The notes beneath the pieces are model-generated. The model was not told the origin of the DNA and did not search any database. It saw only the letters and a list, made by a program, of their open reading frames with translations. Positions 49,522 through 58,917 of a DNA stretch of 64,000 bases are shown here, in pieces. The stretch is from Deferribacterales bacterium. GTDB lineage: Bacteria > Chrysiogenota > Deferribacteres > Deferribacterales > Geovibrionaceae. The stretch lies in contig JBFWJS010000003.1 in assembly GCA_050253075.1 (NCBI GenBank), positions 1-64,000 of the forward strand, written 5' to 3'. The translations under genes were made by a program, and so were the position numbers. Positions within the stretch are counted from its first letter, which is position 1. Every line of letters starts with the position of its first letter.

Positions 49522-50245
49522 AAAAGCCCTGTTTAAGCTTTTTCAGCATGTCGCCAGCTATGACAATGCCGCTGTCTCTGAGCTTTTCCAGCGCATACTG
49601 AATTGAAACATCGCCTGACAGTTTGTAGTAGCTGTCCTCTGCGATAGGCTCTCCCAGAGTTACCTTTTTCATGACTTCGGAGTATGGCAGCGAAGAATGA
49701 ACAAATGCAGGGACGGATTTGATATTAAAGGCTCTGAAGAGATACGGATTGATATCAACCTTTGCCATGTCGCATTTGGTGCCTTCGGTGAAATCAGCAA
49801 GACCTTTCCCGCAGGATATACGAGCCACAAAGTCCACTGTGGGCATTATCTTATCTATGCCGCCGATAACACCGTTGATAACCAGAAGTGCGCCGTCTAA
49901 ATTTCTTACCGTATCAGTATAGTTCATCAGAGTCTTTTCAGGTATTGAAGAACTGATGAAAATATAGAGGCTTTTATCCGGTATTTCAGAGTGGCATGTT
50001 TCTTCCTCTTCAGGCTTAAAGCCTTTGTTTTCTGCCATCTGCTTTTTATAATCAGAGACCTTGTTCATAAGAGATTCATAGCCGGAATCTATAAATGCCT
50101 TTGCCTTGTCAAGCATCTCCTGATTGTCTGGCAGACTGATCTCCGGTTTTGTACTCTTTTTAATGCTGTCTATAGTCTCTTTCAGCGTTTCTGCGCTGGC
50201 AAAGCTAAAACAGAGGGTAAACAGTGCCAATAATATTACTTTCAT
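49511..50245 (-). CDS. trbC: Type-F pilin assembly protein TrbC
   Basis: YIFISSSIP, INPYLFRAFNIKSVPAFV and GDVSIQYALEKL. Confidence 0.88.
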   Translation of the reverse strand: MKVILLALFTLCFSFASAETLKETIDSIKKSTKPEISLPDNQEMLDKAKAFIDSGYESLMNKVSDYKKQMAENKGFKPEEEETCHSEIPDKSLYIFISSSIPEKTLMNYTDTVRNLDGALLVINGVIGGIDKIMPTVDFVARISCGKGLADFTEGTKCDMAKVDINPYLFRAFNIKSVPAFVHSSLPYSEVMKKVTLGEPIAEDSYYKLSGDVSIQYALEKLRDSGIVIAGDMLKKLKQGFYDK

Positions 50246-50642
50246 CTAAGAATCCCCATATGCGGCTGTCGTATGAACGTTCATGAGAGCCGACTGCAAA
50301 TATTTTTCCTTCAGGTATTATGCCGGAGAAGTTGAATTTCATTTTGTCCGGGTCTTTTCTGATTGCGATGTATTCACCGTCACAGATAAAGGCAAGGTCG
50401 GTAGTAAGAAGCTCCATGCCGGAGAGGCAGGCGGCTTTTTTCACCAGTTTGGAATTTTCCGGCAGTATGCCGAGCGGGTCATTTTCAGCACTAAAGATGA
50501 TATAGTCGCCTTTATGCACGTCATGACCTCTTGTGAAGGCATACCATGTGAACCATACAGACTCTGAAGTGTTCCTGCCCAGATGCATACTGATTGTGAT
50601 GATCACAGCTATGATCAAAAGCAGCGGTAATATTCTTTTCAT
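50205..50642 (-). CDS. S26-family conjugal signal peptidase (TrhF-like)
   Basis: NTSESV, LVKK and GSHERSYDSRIWG. Confidence 0.85.
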   Translation of the reverse strand: MKRILPLLLIIAVIITISMHLGRNTSESVWFTWYAFTRGHDVHKGDYIIFSAENDPLGILPENSKLVKKAACLSGMELLTTDLAFICDGEYIAIRKDPDKMKFNFSGIIPEGKIFAVGSHERSYDSRIWGFLDESNIIGTVYPLF

Positions 50643-53600
50643 TGCACGGCCTCCGGCAACTGGATGTTTTCAAAGGTATTGATTATCGTGCCTTCGACAT
50701 TTGGCATCATCTCAGGATTAACGAACGTATCCAGCCATTCGCTGAAATTTATCTTGCTGAAATCCAGCTTTTGAAATTCATCAGGCGTAAAACCTCTACA
50801 GTTCGGGCTTTTTGCCGTGCCGAAGTTAAAGCCTAGCTGATCACGGCCCTGTTCCGCTATAATCCTGCCGAGCGGGCTTCCGAAGCAACAGTATGTCTTT
50901 TTCTTCTGAACGCAGACACAGGCAGGGCATATGCCCCATTTTTCGGCACAATATTCGCCGACATAGTGACACTGTCCGTCCAGTTCGCCCCAGTCTCGCA
51001 GAGCGGAGAGAGCCTGTTCTCCTGAGGAGCATTTACCCAGTCCGAACCATGTTTCATCCTTTTTACAGCAGTCTGAAAAACCTGACTGAGTTCCAGGCGG
51101 ACGGCATCGTCTGTCGCCGCCGTTAAAGATATATATCTGATCAAGGCACTGGCCGCTGTCGTCTTTGTTGCCGTCATTAAGCTTGTCGTTTGCGCCTTCC
51201 TGAGTATCTTCGCTGGTGTCCAGATATGAAGGATCGTTAGGGTCAAGGCACTGATGTGGGGAACACTTGTAGTCCGGCGAACCTGTAATGGTCGATAGAT
51301 TGACACATTCATTTCCGCTGTATGGACAGCTTCCGGAGTGACATTTGTCTATAGCAGGATTGTAGATGCTGTCAGTGCATATGGGCACTGCTTCACATTG
51401 ACGGCTTATAGGGGAGTATGCGTAACTTCCGCCGCAGTCATGTTCAGGTTCATAGACACACCAGTTGAGCTGTGTTGAATATATAGAGCCTGAGGCACAG
51501 GATAGACTTTTCTCGCACCTGTCTTTGTCGGCATTAAACGTATAGCCTATGGGGCAAAGAGTGCTTGCTGAGAGCGTACACTCATTCAGGGTGGAGTTGT
51601 ATATGCCCGAAGAGCACACCGGAGCAGAGTAGCAGATATTTCCATCCTGAGTGTAGCCGGATGGGCATGATGTGCTTACGGTCAGAGTACATTTGTCAGT
51701 AGCAGTATTGAGTATGCCTGATCTGCTGCAAGATGGGGCAGCGACACACTTTCCCAGTGCCGCATCATACGTTGAACCTGCTGGACAGCTGTTCTCAAGT
51801 GAGATGACACATTTATCAGTTGTACTGTTAAACGTACCTCCGCCAGGGCACGTTGGATTTGCAATGCAGAGTGATCCGCTTTGGGTTGTCCCTGTGGGGC
51901 AGGTGGTGTCACACGATTCGTGATAAGTGCATATTGAACCGTATAATGTATACTCTGGAGGGCAGCTGTATGATGTGTTTAAATCATTGTGCCATAGTAT
52001 AATTATAATGTTATTTGATTCCCAATATAAGACACCGTCTGTTGAAAGACATACTGCTGTTGTATCTGTTAAATTACATACAGGTGAAAACATTGATGGG
52101 TAAGTATATGTAAAAGATGTACAGCTTCCTCTGTATACTCTAAATACAGAAGTTTGGGAGCATCCGGAATCATAATAAAAGTCACCATAACTGCAGTCGC
52201 TTTCTATATATACATTTCTTAACCCCGCAGGGTAGTTAGATACATCATATGAGCAAGATAATGTGCTGTTTAATGTTGCTGGAGTAGAGCCGCTGCAGCT
52301 TTCAGAGCACTGTGATGATGAAGTGTAGGTGGTATTGTCAACGGGACATGTATAACTGCCCGAACCTTCGCACTTATTTGTCACAGAATTGAATGATGTT
52401 CCTGAAGGGCATGTCGGTGATGCAATGCATTGCCCGTTTGAAAGTGTGTATCCTGTGGGGCAACTTGTTGTTGCTGTCTTTAAGCATTTGTCGGAAGTTG
52501 TGCTGTATGTAAAACCTGTAGGGCAATCCGGAGCATCCTCACATTTTCCGGTTGAGCTGTTATAAGAATATCCTGTAGGGCATGAATATGTCACAGAGAA
52601 TTCACATCTATCGTTTGCCTGGATGTATGTTCCTGCGGAGCAGTCAGGTGTTTTTACACAGCTGTTGTTGAGAGAGTCATAAGTGTACCCTGTAGGACAG
52701 GAACCATCGGTAATGACAACTTCACACTGATCTGTCTGAGGATTTAACACTCCGCCGTTGGGGCACTCAGGCGGATCGTAACATCTGTCGGATGTATAGT
52801 CATATGTGAAACCGTTCTCGCAGGTAACAATTGGCTCTTTCTGACACATGTCAGTCAGACCGTTTAATATACCGCCGTCAGGACAGAGAGGGTTTTCATA
52901 TATTGAGTTGCATGAGACCATATCGCTGGGGCATACATACCCTCCGCTGCTCGCCGACAGACATTGAGAGACATTGTCTCCGGCGATACAGAGCATACAG
53001 CTGCTGGTGCTGTCAGAGCAGTATGTATTGATGATTTCGTTTGTATCGGTCTGTTCCTGCGGTGGTAATCCCGCAACACAGTCCAGCATGCCGCTGAATG
53101 CTCCTATGCCATAATGTCTCGGCTGATAATCACCTCCGTATGAGGCATGCTGCCCATCATCGTACCATTTGCCGTCTGTGTCTGCATATACCCAGTGTTC
53201 GCCGTATATGGTTACAGTTCCAATATCTGCGCCGTCAATTCTATTATCCGGCTGACCGGCGGCAAAATTGTCATATGTAACGGCTAAGCCGTCAGTCCAT
53301 GCGTAGTTTGATTTGTTGACTGTGCCGTAGGCTGTGCTCATAGCTGTGTCATAAAGCCCAAGCCATAGTGACTTTCCGGATAGGTTTGCAAGTATGCTGA
53401 CAATTTCTGCTTTATGTTCACTGCCCGCTATGAAATGCTGATTTGCGCTCCATGTCTGCTGATTCAAAGAAACGCCGTATGTCGTTCCACTCTGCCTGTC
53501 ATAGATAAAGCTGGAATATCCTGAAGGACATTCATTTGCGCCTGTGGAATATGACAGTTCCGTACAGGCATCCTCACAATTTGCATTACACGCTGTCAGT

Positions 53601-53692
53601 GATTCAAAATGAATGTCATTTGTACCGCAGTAGTATGCGGCATCTGCTGCACCTGAAATGAGCAGGAATATAAGGCACGCCAGATATTTCAT
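50639..53692 (-). CDS. traN: TraN with C-type-lectin-like domain, Cys-rich repeats and conserved TraN C-terminus
   Basis: C-terminal CHYVGEYC...KKTYCCFGSPLGRIIAEQGRDQL...CRGFTPDEFQKLDFSKI; many CP.GY/T repeats. Confidence 0.88.
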   Translation of the reverse strand: MKYLACLIFLLISGAADAAYYCGTNDIHFESLTACNANCEDACTELSYSTGANECPSGYSSFIYDRQSGTTYGVSLNQQTWSANQHFIAGSEHKAEIVSILANLSGKSLWLGLYDTAMSTAYGTVNKSNYAWTDGLAVTYDNFAAGQPDNRIDGADIGTVTIYGEHWVYADTDGKWYDDGQHASYGGDYQPRHYGIGAFSGMLDCVAGLPPQEQTDTNEIINTYCSDSTSSCMLCIAGDNVSQCLSASSGGYVCPSDMVSCNSIYENPLCPDGGILNGLTDMCQKEPIVTCENGFTYDYTSDRCYDPPECPNGGVLNPQTDQCEVVITDGSCPTGYTYDSLNNSCVKTPDCSAGTYIQANDRCEFSVTYSCPTGYSYNSSTGKCEDAPDCPTGFTYSTTSDKCLKTATTSCPTGYTLSNGQCIASPTCPSGTSFNSVTNKCEGSGSYTCPVDNTTYTSSSQCSESCSGSTPATLNSTLSCSYDVSNYPAGLRNVYIESDCSYGDFYYDSGCSQTSVFRVYRGSCTSFTYTYPSMFSPVCNLTDTTAVCLSTDGVLYWESNNIIIILWHNDLNTSYSCPPEYTLYGSICTYHESCDTTCPTGTTQSGSLCIANPTCPGGGTFNSTTDKCVISLENSCPAGSTYDAALGKCVAAPSCSRSGILNTATDKCTLTVSTSCPSGYTQDGNICYSAPVCSSGIYNSTLNECTLSASTLCPIGYTFNADKDRCEKSLSCASGSIYSTQLNWCVYEPEHDCGGSYAYSPISRQCEAVPICTDSIYNPAIDKCHSGSCPYSGNECVNLSTITGSPDYKCSPHQCLDPNDPSYLDTSEDTQEGANDKLNDGNKDDSGQCLDQIYIFNGGDRRCRPPGTQSGFSDCCKKDETWFGLGKCSSGEQALSALRDWGELDGQCHYVGEYCAEKWGICPACVCVQKKKTYCCFGSPLGRIIAEQGRDQLGFNFGTAKSPNCRGFTPDEFQKLDFSKINFSEWLDTFVNPEMMPNVEGTIINTFENIQLPEAVQ

Positions 53693-55344
53693 GACTCATC
53701 ACCATATTTTGGTTTTACAGATTCGATATCCTGCAATATCCCGCTTTTGCGGCTCTCAAGCTCTGACACATCTCCAAAAGCCTCCGACACCATAGGCGTG
53801 TAGTAGGCCTTGTTTATGCTTTTGCCGTCTTTGTATGTAACTGTGAAAGGTGCGGTGAAATACCCATGCCTGATTATGCCGTCCGCTATCAGTCGTTTTT
53901 CTCTGAGCATTTCAGTAATGGTGTATATGTAGTTTCGTCTCTGCTGCTGATCGGAGTCGGCGAGCAGTATTTCGTCATGGCCGTAGCGTCTCGCCAGCAT
54001 TTTGATCACTTTCCAGAAGACATCTGTCTGGAAATAAACATGGTCGTCTTTCATGCTGAAAGCTTCGAAGCGGTTGCCGTTCAGGACGTTGATGCGGTTA
54101 TTAAGCTCCGCAAGGTATTCAGAGATATTCAGCCAATTCAGATCAGAAGAGTCGGCAGGTTTTTTCTCCGTTTCTGTTTCCGCCTGAGTCTGGAAGATAT
54201 CGTTTTTTGTAACAAGATTATCGGCAAGCTCTTTTCGTCTGGCATTTCTGTCCGCCTCACGAAGTTTGTCAGCGAGATCACCGCCACCGGTTCGATGGTG
54301 AGATAGTATTGCCGTCTCTACATCGCTCCTGTAGCTCAGGTCAGCGAAGCCTGCAAGGCTGTTAAGCACAACAACACTTATTCTCGGATGATCACCCATG
54401 CTGTACATCGCCTTGTCAAAGCTCTCAATCTTGCCCAGATCGTGCCCCAGCGCAGCCATGATAAGCTGTGCGGCGTATGCCCCTGGCTTGTCCACCAGCT
54501 TCAATATTTCTTCAGCCACATGCAGGCTGTGCAGATACAGCGGAACTTTTGCCAGAGCAGTAAATGTATTCTGCTCTTCATAGTGGTTTATCTCGCCGCT
54601 GCGCTTTACGACTGAGGGCGTATCACCATTATCATCAAGCAAGGTCATTATCTGCCTGATCACCTCTTCAGCCGACTCAGGCAAGGAGGCAACATGCATT
54701 TTGTAAAACTGGGTCAATTCTGCTTTTGAAAAAGTAATCTCATTTTTTTCAGGTTCAGACTGTTCAAGCATTTCTGACTTTTTTCCTGTCCAGAGCGGTG
54801 AAAGCTCAGAAAGATGAATGTTTATCTGTTCTTTTTTTTCCTGTTTAACCAGGCGGCTGCTTCCTGAAAAAAGTGATACAAAGAGCACCACAGCGACAAA
54901 GAGCCAGAGGGGATAAGGGAAAAGATATGCCAGAACAAACAGCATCAGGATTATCATAAACAGAGCAATATACTCAAAGGGGGAGCCGTTTGTGAAAAGC
55001 CTGAAACCGTGTCCGGCCCTGAAAGGATTATAGAAAGGTACACCTGAGCGTGTGAGGGAATCACAGAAGACGTGGAGCAAAGCTCCTATCAGGAAATAAT
55101 AAAGCACATAGCCGCCTATAGCAGTTAATAGAATATAAATAAGCGGAGAAGTATAAAGCACCCACCAGTGGCTTATTTTGCGATGCACTTTATGGAAGGC
55201 TCCTTTACTGCCGAAACTGAATATAGTATCGACAACATCAGGGAAGACAGACCCTGCGCTAATAGCTGCCGCAGCGACCGGCTCAAACGAACCAACGGCG
55301 GCGATATAACCCATTCCGGCTAGCAAATGGCTCCTGATTTTCAT
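53689..55344 (-). CDS. HD-domain (MOBH/TraI_2-like) relaxase fused to an N-terminal YdjM-like membrane metal-dependent hydrolase domain
   Basis: N-terminal SH, FPD..D, HRKISHWW and LHVFCDSLT..GVP; C-terminal LYLHSLHV, AALGHDLGK, HPRIS, SHH and EAD; directly after traD. Confidence 0.7.
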   Translation of the reverse strand: MKIRSHLLAGMGYIAAVGSFEPVAAAAISAGSVFPDVVDTIFSFGSKGAFHKVHRKISHWWVLYTSPLIYILLTAIGGYVLYYFLIGALLHVFCDSLTRSGVPFYNPFRAGHGFRLFTNGSPFEYIALFMIILMLFVLAYLFPYPLWLFVAVVLFVSLFSGSSRLVKQEKKEQINIHLSELSPLWTGKKSEMLEQSEPEKNEITFSKAELTQFYKMHVASLPESAEEVIRQIMTLLDDNGDTPSVVKRSGEINHYEEQNTFTALAKVPLYLHSLHVAEEILKLVDKPGAYAAQLIMAALGHDLGKIESFDKAMYSMGDHPRISVVVLNSLAGFADLSYRSDVETAILSHHRTGGGDLADKLREADRNARRKELADNLVTKNDIFQTQAETETEKKPADSSDLNWLNISEYLAELNNRINVLNGNRFEAFSMKDDHVYFQTDVFWKVIKMLARRYGHDEILLADSDQQQRRNYIYTITEMLREKRLIADGIIRHGYFTAPFTVTYKDGKSINKAYYTPMVSEAFGDVSELESRKSGILQDIESVKPKYGDES

Positions 55345-56645
55345 ACAGTAGCTCTCGGATATTCAATATTGATGTAGGCATCGCTGGTATCCATTGTTTT
55401 GCCGAAGAATGCACCGTCATAGTTCATCATGAAGAACTCACGTTTCTGCAGGCCAAGCACATCTTCAGGCTTGAGGATGTCCTCCTCGTTCTCACGGACA
55501 TTTATAATTCCAGCGGAGCTCATCATGGAGAGCATCTGCTTATGTGTTCCGAAATGCCTGCATACATAGCTTGCAGTTTCTTCATCCGGCACTTTCATAA
55601 ATAGTTTGTTATTAATGTTATCCAGAGTGCTGTTGCCGTAATCTCTGCCTATCATGGCATATATCTGGTTTACCGACTGGCTGAGGCCATGCAGGTGGAC
55701 GTTTGCGCCGCCTGCTTTTGCGAAAAAATCATCTATCCCGTAGTAAAGCACGTTCTGAGCCTCATCCATGAATATCTCTAACGGCGGGTCAACTCTTTGC
55801 CCGCTGCTGAAGATACGTCCGACATAAGACTGGAACATAGAGAGCAAAACCTTGCCAACGGTGAACGCCGCCTTGCGTGTCATCAACGAGCCGACCTGCG
55901 CAACGAGTATCACAGATTTGCCGTTTTCCAGCTTTTCTATTATAGGGTTTCCACGGGCTTTGCCGAGGATTTCTCCGATGTTGCCGGATGTAAGCTCCAT
56001 CAGGGCAACTCGAAGTGAGCTTGAGACTTTGTTGTAGTAATCCTGTCCGGAATCCACGATCTTTTGTAGGTCGTTTGCCAGCTGGATAACATCGTGACTG
56101 TCACTGCTGAGGCTTGCGACATTTCTTTGCAGGGTTGTCAGGTCAGTGTGGGAGACAACGTCTTTAACATCGTTAAAGTTAAACCGTTTGCCGTATGCCT
56201 TCTCTGTGAGCAGCATAAACGCCTGAACGATCATAAGGCTGGTTTCATATGCCACATTATAAAAAAATGGCTCAGAGCCCACCTCAATACCTGAGATGAG
56301 GTGTCCGACAAGCTCCTCCGGCATGTAATAGTATTCCAGCGGATTGAGCTTTATGGAGTATTGGGGGAATATCGGAGAGATCAGCATCAGATCATCTTCA
56401 CGACCGGCCTCTTTTGCCGCCTGATATATCTTGCTGAAAAGAGGGATATCCCCCTTCGGGTCTATCACAACAACGCTGTTGCCTTTTTGTATGTCCTGCT
56501 CCAGCATATTTTCCAGCAGGCGTGTTTTGCCGACTCTGGTAGTGCCGAAGCACCAGAAATGCCCCGACCGGTCAGCATCATTCATGTACAGTTCCTGCTG
56601 CTTCCCGCCACGGATATCTATACCAGTTCCAAGTATGGTTTTCAT
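55341..56645 (-). CDS. traD: Type IV coupling protein TraD
   Basis: GHFWCFGTTRVGKTRL, VIDPKGD, FMDEA and KAGGA...LSQS. Confidence 0.9.
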   Translation of the reverse strand: MKTILGTGIDIRGGKQQELYMNDADRSGHFWCFGTTRVGKTRLLENMLEQDIQKGNSVVVIDPKGDIPLFSKIYQAAKEAGREDDLMLISPIFPQYSIKLNPLEYYYMPEELVGHLISGIEVGSEPFFYNVAYETSLMIVQAFMLLTEKAYGKRFNFNDVKDVVSHTDLTTLQRNVASLSSDSHDVIQLANDLQKIVDSGQDYYNKVSSSLRVALMELTSGNIGEILGKARGNPIIEKLENGKSVILVAQVGSLMTRKAAFTVGKVLLSMFQSYVGRIFSSGQRVDPPLEIFMDEAQNVLYYGIDDFFAKAGGANVHLHGLSQSVNQIYAMIGRDYGNSTLDNINNKLFMKVPDEETASYVCRHFGTHKQMLSMMSSAGIINVRENEEDILKPEDVLGLQKREFFMMNYDGAFFGKTMDTSDAYINIEYPRATV

Positions 56646-56719
56646 GCCGTCACCAATCTTGAGAAAAGATGAAATAAAGGATAAGATGACATGTGAATAA
56701 AATTATGCAGAGGTGAAAG

Positions 56720-57010
56720 ATGACTCCAGAACAAGCTGAAAAACTTGAAATATTTCTTAGATGGGCAATTCATTCCTTGCCTTACATTTTGGAACAAAAC
56801 AAAATTGAACAATTTGAAGAGTCTATGAAGACTGAGGGGGCAATATCTCAAGAACTTAAAGAGCTTATTGATGACAAATGTGGACTTGGGTTGTCCTATT
56901 GCATTGCTCAATTTATAAAAGATATAGAAACCGCTATTCAAAATGGTGAGGATATAAACCAATTCACCTACACGGCTCAACTGCTTCATACTGCTTTGAA
57001 ATGTTGTTAA
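56720..57010 (+). CDS. Hypothetical protein (AT-rich insert, antisense to tra operon)
   Basis: GAGGTG RBS; helical protein-like composition. Confidence 0.55.
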   Translation: MTPEQAEKLEIFLRWAIHSLPYILEQNKIEQFEESMKTEGAISQELKELIDDKCGLGLSYCIAQFIKDIETAIQNGEDINQFTYTAQLLHTALKCC

Positions 57011-57025
57011 GCATGGAGATGATAT

Positions 57026-57505
57026 ATGGCTTGCCCTTTTATTGAGAATCATCCCCATATATATTTTTTTATGAAATCTATAAATGGCCCATTGGCTGGA
57101 GTTGTTATTGGAGCTGGTATTGGCTTTTTTAGTCAATGGTTCATGTCTAAGCAGAATCATAAAAGAGAACTTGAGAAGCTTGGATATGAAAAAAAATATG
57201 GTGCTTATATGGAGCTTTTGAATGTTATAAATTCTGCAAGTATATTTATAGATAGCGAAACCCTTACTCATGACGAAATCAATGACACTGTAGTAAAATG
57301 TGTTTCGGCGAGTAAAGATAAAGCTGTTATAAGCATAGCTGTTCGCAGAATTCAGAAACTCATTGGTAATAACCCATTGATTATTTCTGATAAAATTAAA
57401 CATAAAACAAAGAGGATTATGAAAAAACTTGAAGATGATACTTATGACCACAAAGATTACGAATCCTTTAATAAACTTCTGCAATCTGAATTGGGTATTA
57501 AATAA
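57026..57505 (+). CDS. Hypothetical single-TM protein (AT-rich insert)
   Basis: GGAG RBS, TM helix LAGVVIGAGIGFF, then a coiled-coil-like region. Confidence 0.6.
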   Translation: MACPFIENHPHIYFFMKSINGPLAGVVIGAGIGFFSQWFMSKQNHKRELEKLGYEKKYGAYMELLNVINSASIFIDSETLTHDEINDTVVKCVSASKDKAVISIAVRRIQKLIGNNPLIISDKIKHKTKRIMKKLEDDTYDHKDYESFNKLLQSELGIK

Positions 57506-57510
57506 TTTCA

Positions 57511-58191
57511 CTAATGAACCTCTATTATTATGTGCTCAAAGAGTTTTTTAGAGATGTTCTTTAGGACACTTTTCGGAATGATTTTTATAGATTTAATTAA
57601 TGATTTTGCGCCAGCGATACGTTGAGTGCATTTGACTGAATACCCCTGTTCCTCGAAGAGCTTTTCTACCAGTTTTCGGCTGGTGAGGCTCAGTGTGAAA
57701 AGAACATCATTTCCAGACCTTTCAGTGCCGATAATGAGGCTCCTGACCTCCTGCCCTTGCTGAAATGTGCCTCTCAGTTTCGGCGTGATGTGCATCTTAT
57801 GAAGCACACCAGTTACCCTGAAATTCGCTCCCAGATAGATATTCAGCAAAACGTCTTCTGCGGATACATCCCGAACCTCCCCCTTTACAAGAGTATTCAT
57901 AAAAGATTTCAGGTAAGTTTCTTTTAGCCGATATGAGTATCTGCCGTACTCCGTGTTCAGCATAGAAGCGAGAGCCGTTGCATCATACTTTTTAAGAGTG
58001 ATCTCACGCTCGATACCGTCTGCTCTGTACTGCCTCATTGTTAGTCCTTCGGCGGAGATGGAGCAGACTGTGGGCGAACCGTATTTCTCGCTGTAGTAGC
58101 CCTCCAGAACAGAGGCTATTATCTGCCTTACTTCCTCTTCGGTGATCCCATATATGCCTGAGATGTCTGAAATATAGCTCTCTAACCACAT
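57511..58191 (-). CDS. Truncated NusA-like protein (NTD-S1-partial KH)
   Basis: GITEEEVRQIIASVLEGYYSEKYG (NTD-like); LVKGEV...FQQGQEVRSLI...LSLTSRKLVEKLFE (S1); RIAGAKS (KH1 start). Confidence 0.65.
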   Translation of the reverse strand: MWLESYISDISGIYGITEEEVRQIIASVLEGYYSEKYGSPTVCSISAEGLTMRQYRADGIEREITLKKYDATALASMLNTEYGRYSYRLKETYLKSFMNTLVKGEVRDVSAEDVLLNIYLGANFRVTGVLHKMHITPKLRGTFQQGQEVRSLIIGTERSGNDVLFTLSLTSRKLVEKLFEEQGYSVKCTQRIAGAKSLIKSIKIIPKSVLKNISKKLFEHIIIEVH

Positions 58192-58376
58192 CTTTCAGAC
58201 CCTCGGTGTATCCTGAGACTCGACACAACAATGGCGGTGATCTCCTCATACGCTGGTAGAACATTACCTTTATTGATCTGCTGAGAGATCACCACGGCGC
58301 AAACAGAGTCAAAAGCCTCTTTCAGCTCGTCATATTTTTCCTGAAGGTTCAGAAAAGCATCCTGAAAATCAGACAT
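58182..58376 (-). CDS. Hypothetical protein
   Basis: Short coiled-coil-like ORF in the operon. Confidence 0.5.
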   Translation of the reverse strand: MSDFQDAFLNLQEKYDELKEAFDSVCAVVISQQINKGNVLPAYEEITAIVVSSLRIHRGSERCG

Positions 58377-58442
58377 CAGCAGTTCTCTTGTTTTTTCGTT
58401 TTTTAATCACGTCAGTTTTTTCGCCTTTGTTTTTTATGTTTT

Positions 58443-58784
58443 TTATTCTGGCGAATCGCCGTCTGTGTCACCTTTCGGTGTCAGGAACTGGACGTTATGT
58501 CCGACAACAGTTACTTTTGAGTGAAAGCCTTTGTCGTCTTCCCACGAGCTGTAATCAAGCTCACCTGTGACAAGCACAAGCTTCCCTTTGGCAAGGTATT
58601 CATTGCAGCTTTCCGCTGTTTTACCAAAGACTGTAACGTCATAAAAGTCTGCTTTCTCTTTGGCAGGTTTGTTGACTGCTACTGTGAATTTGCTGGTGAT
58701 AGTACCGTTCTTTGTCTCTCCGGCTTCAGGTGCTTTTGTAAGGTTGCCGAGAACGGCAGCGTATGAATAGTATGGACTGGACAT
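58443..58784 (-). CDS. ssb: Single-stranded DNA-binding protein
   Basis: LGNLTKAPE, FTVAVN, VFGKTAE...YLAKGKLVLVTGEL; AGGAGG RBS. Confidence 0.9.
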   Translation of the reverse strand: MSSPYYSYAAVLGNLTKAPEAGETKNGTITSKFTVAVNKPAKEKADFYDVTVFGKTAESCNEYLAKGKLVLVTGELDYSSWEDDKGFHSKVTVVGHNVQFLTPKGDTDGDSPE

Positions 58785-58797
58785 ATCCACCTCCTTG

Positions 58798-58822
58798 CCC
58801 TGTTAATAGGGTAGGGGGTAAA
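58798..58822 (-). promoter_or_regulatory. Conserved ICE operon leader motif upstream of ssb
   Basis: Minus strand reads TTTACCCCCTACCCTATTAACAGGG. Confidence 0.6.
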
Positions 58823-58917
58823 TCCTAAAATATTTTTCATATTCGTTTTTGAAGCGTCAAGAGTTGTCGTTTGGTTAATTTATGATCTTCACATAATAAA
58901 GTGTGGAGGTAGTGTTT

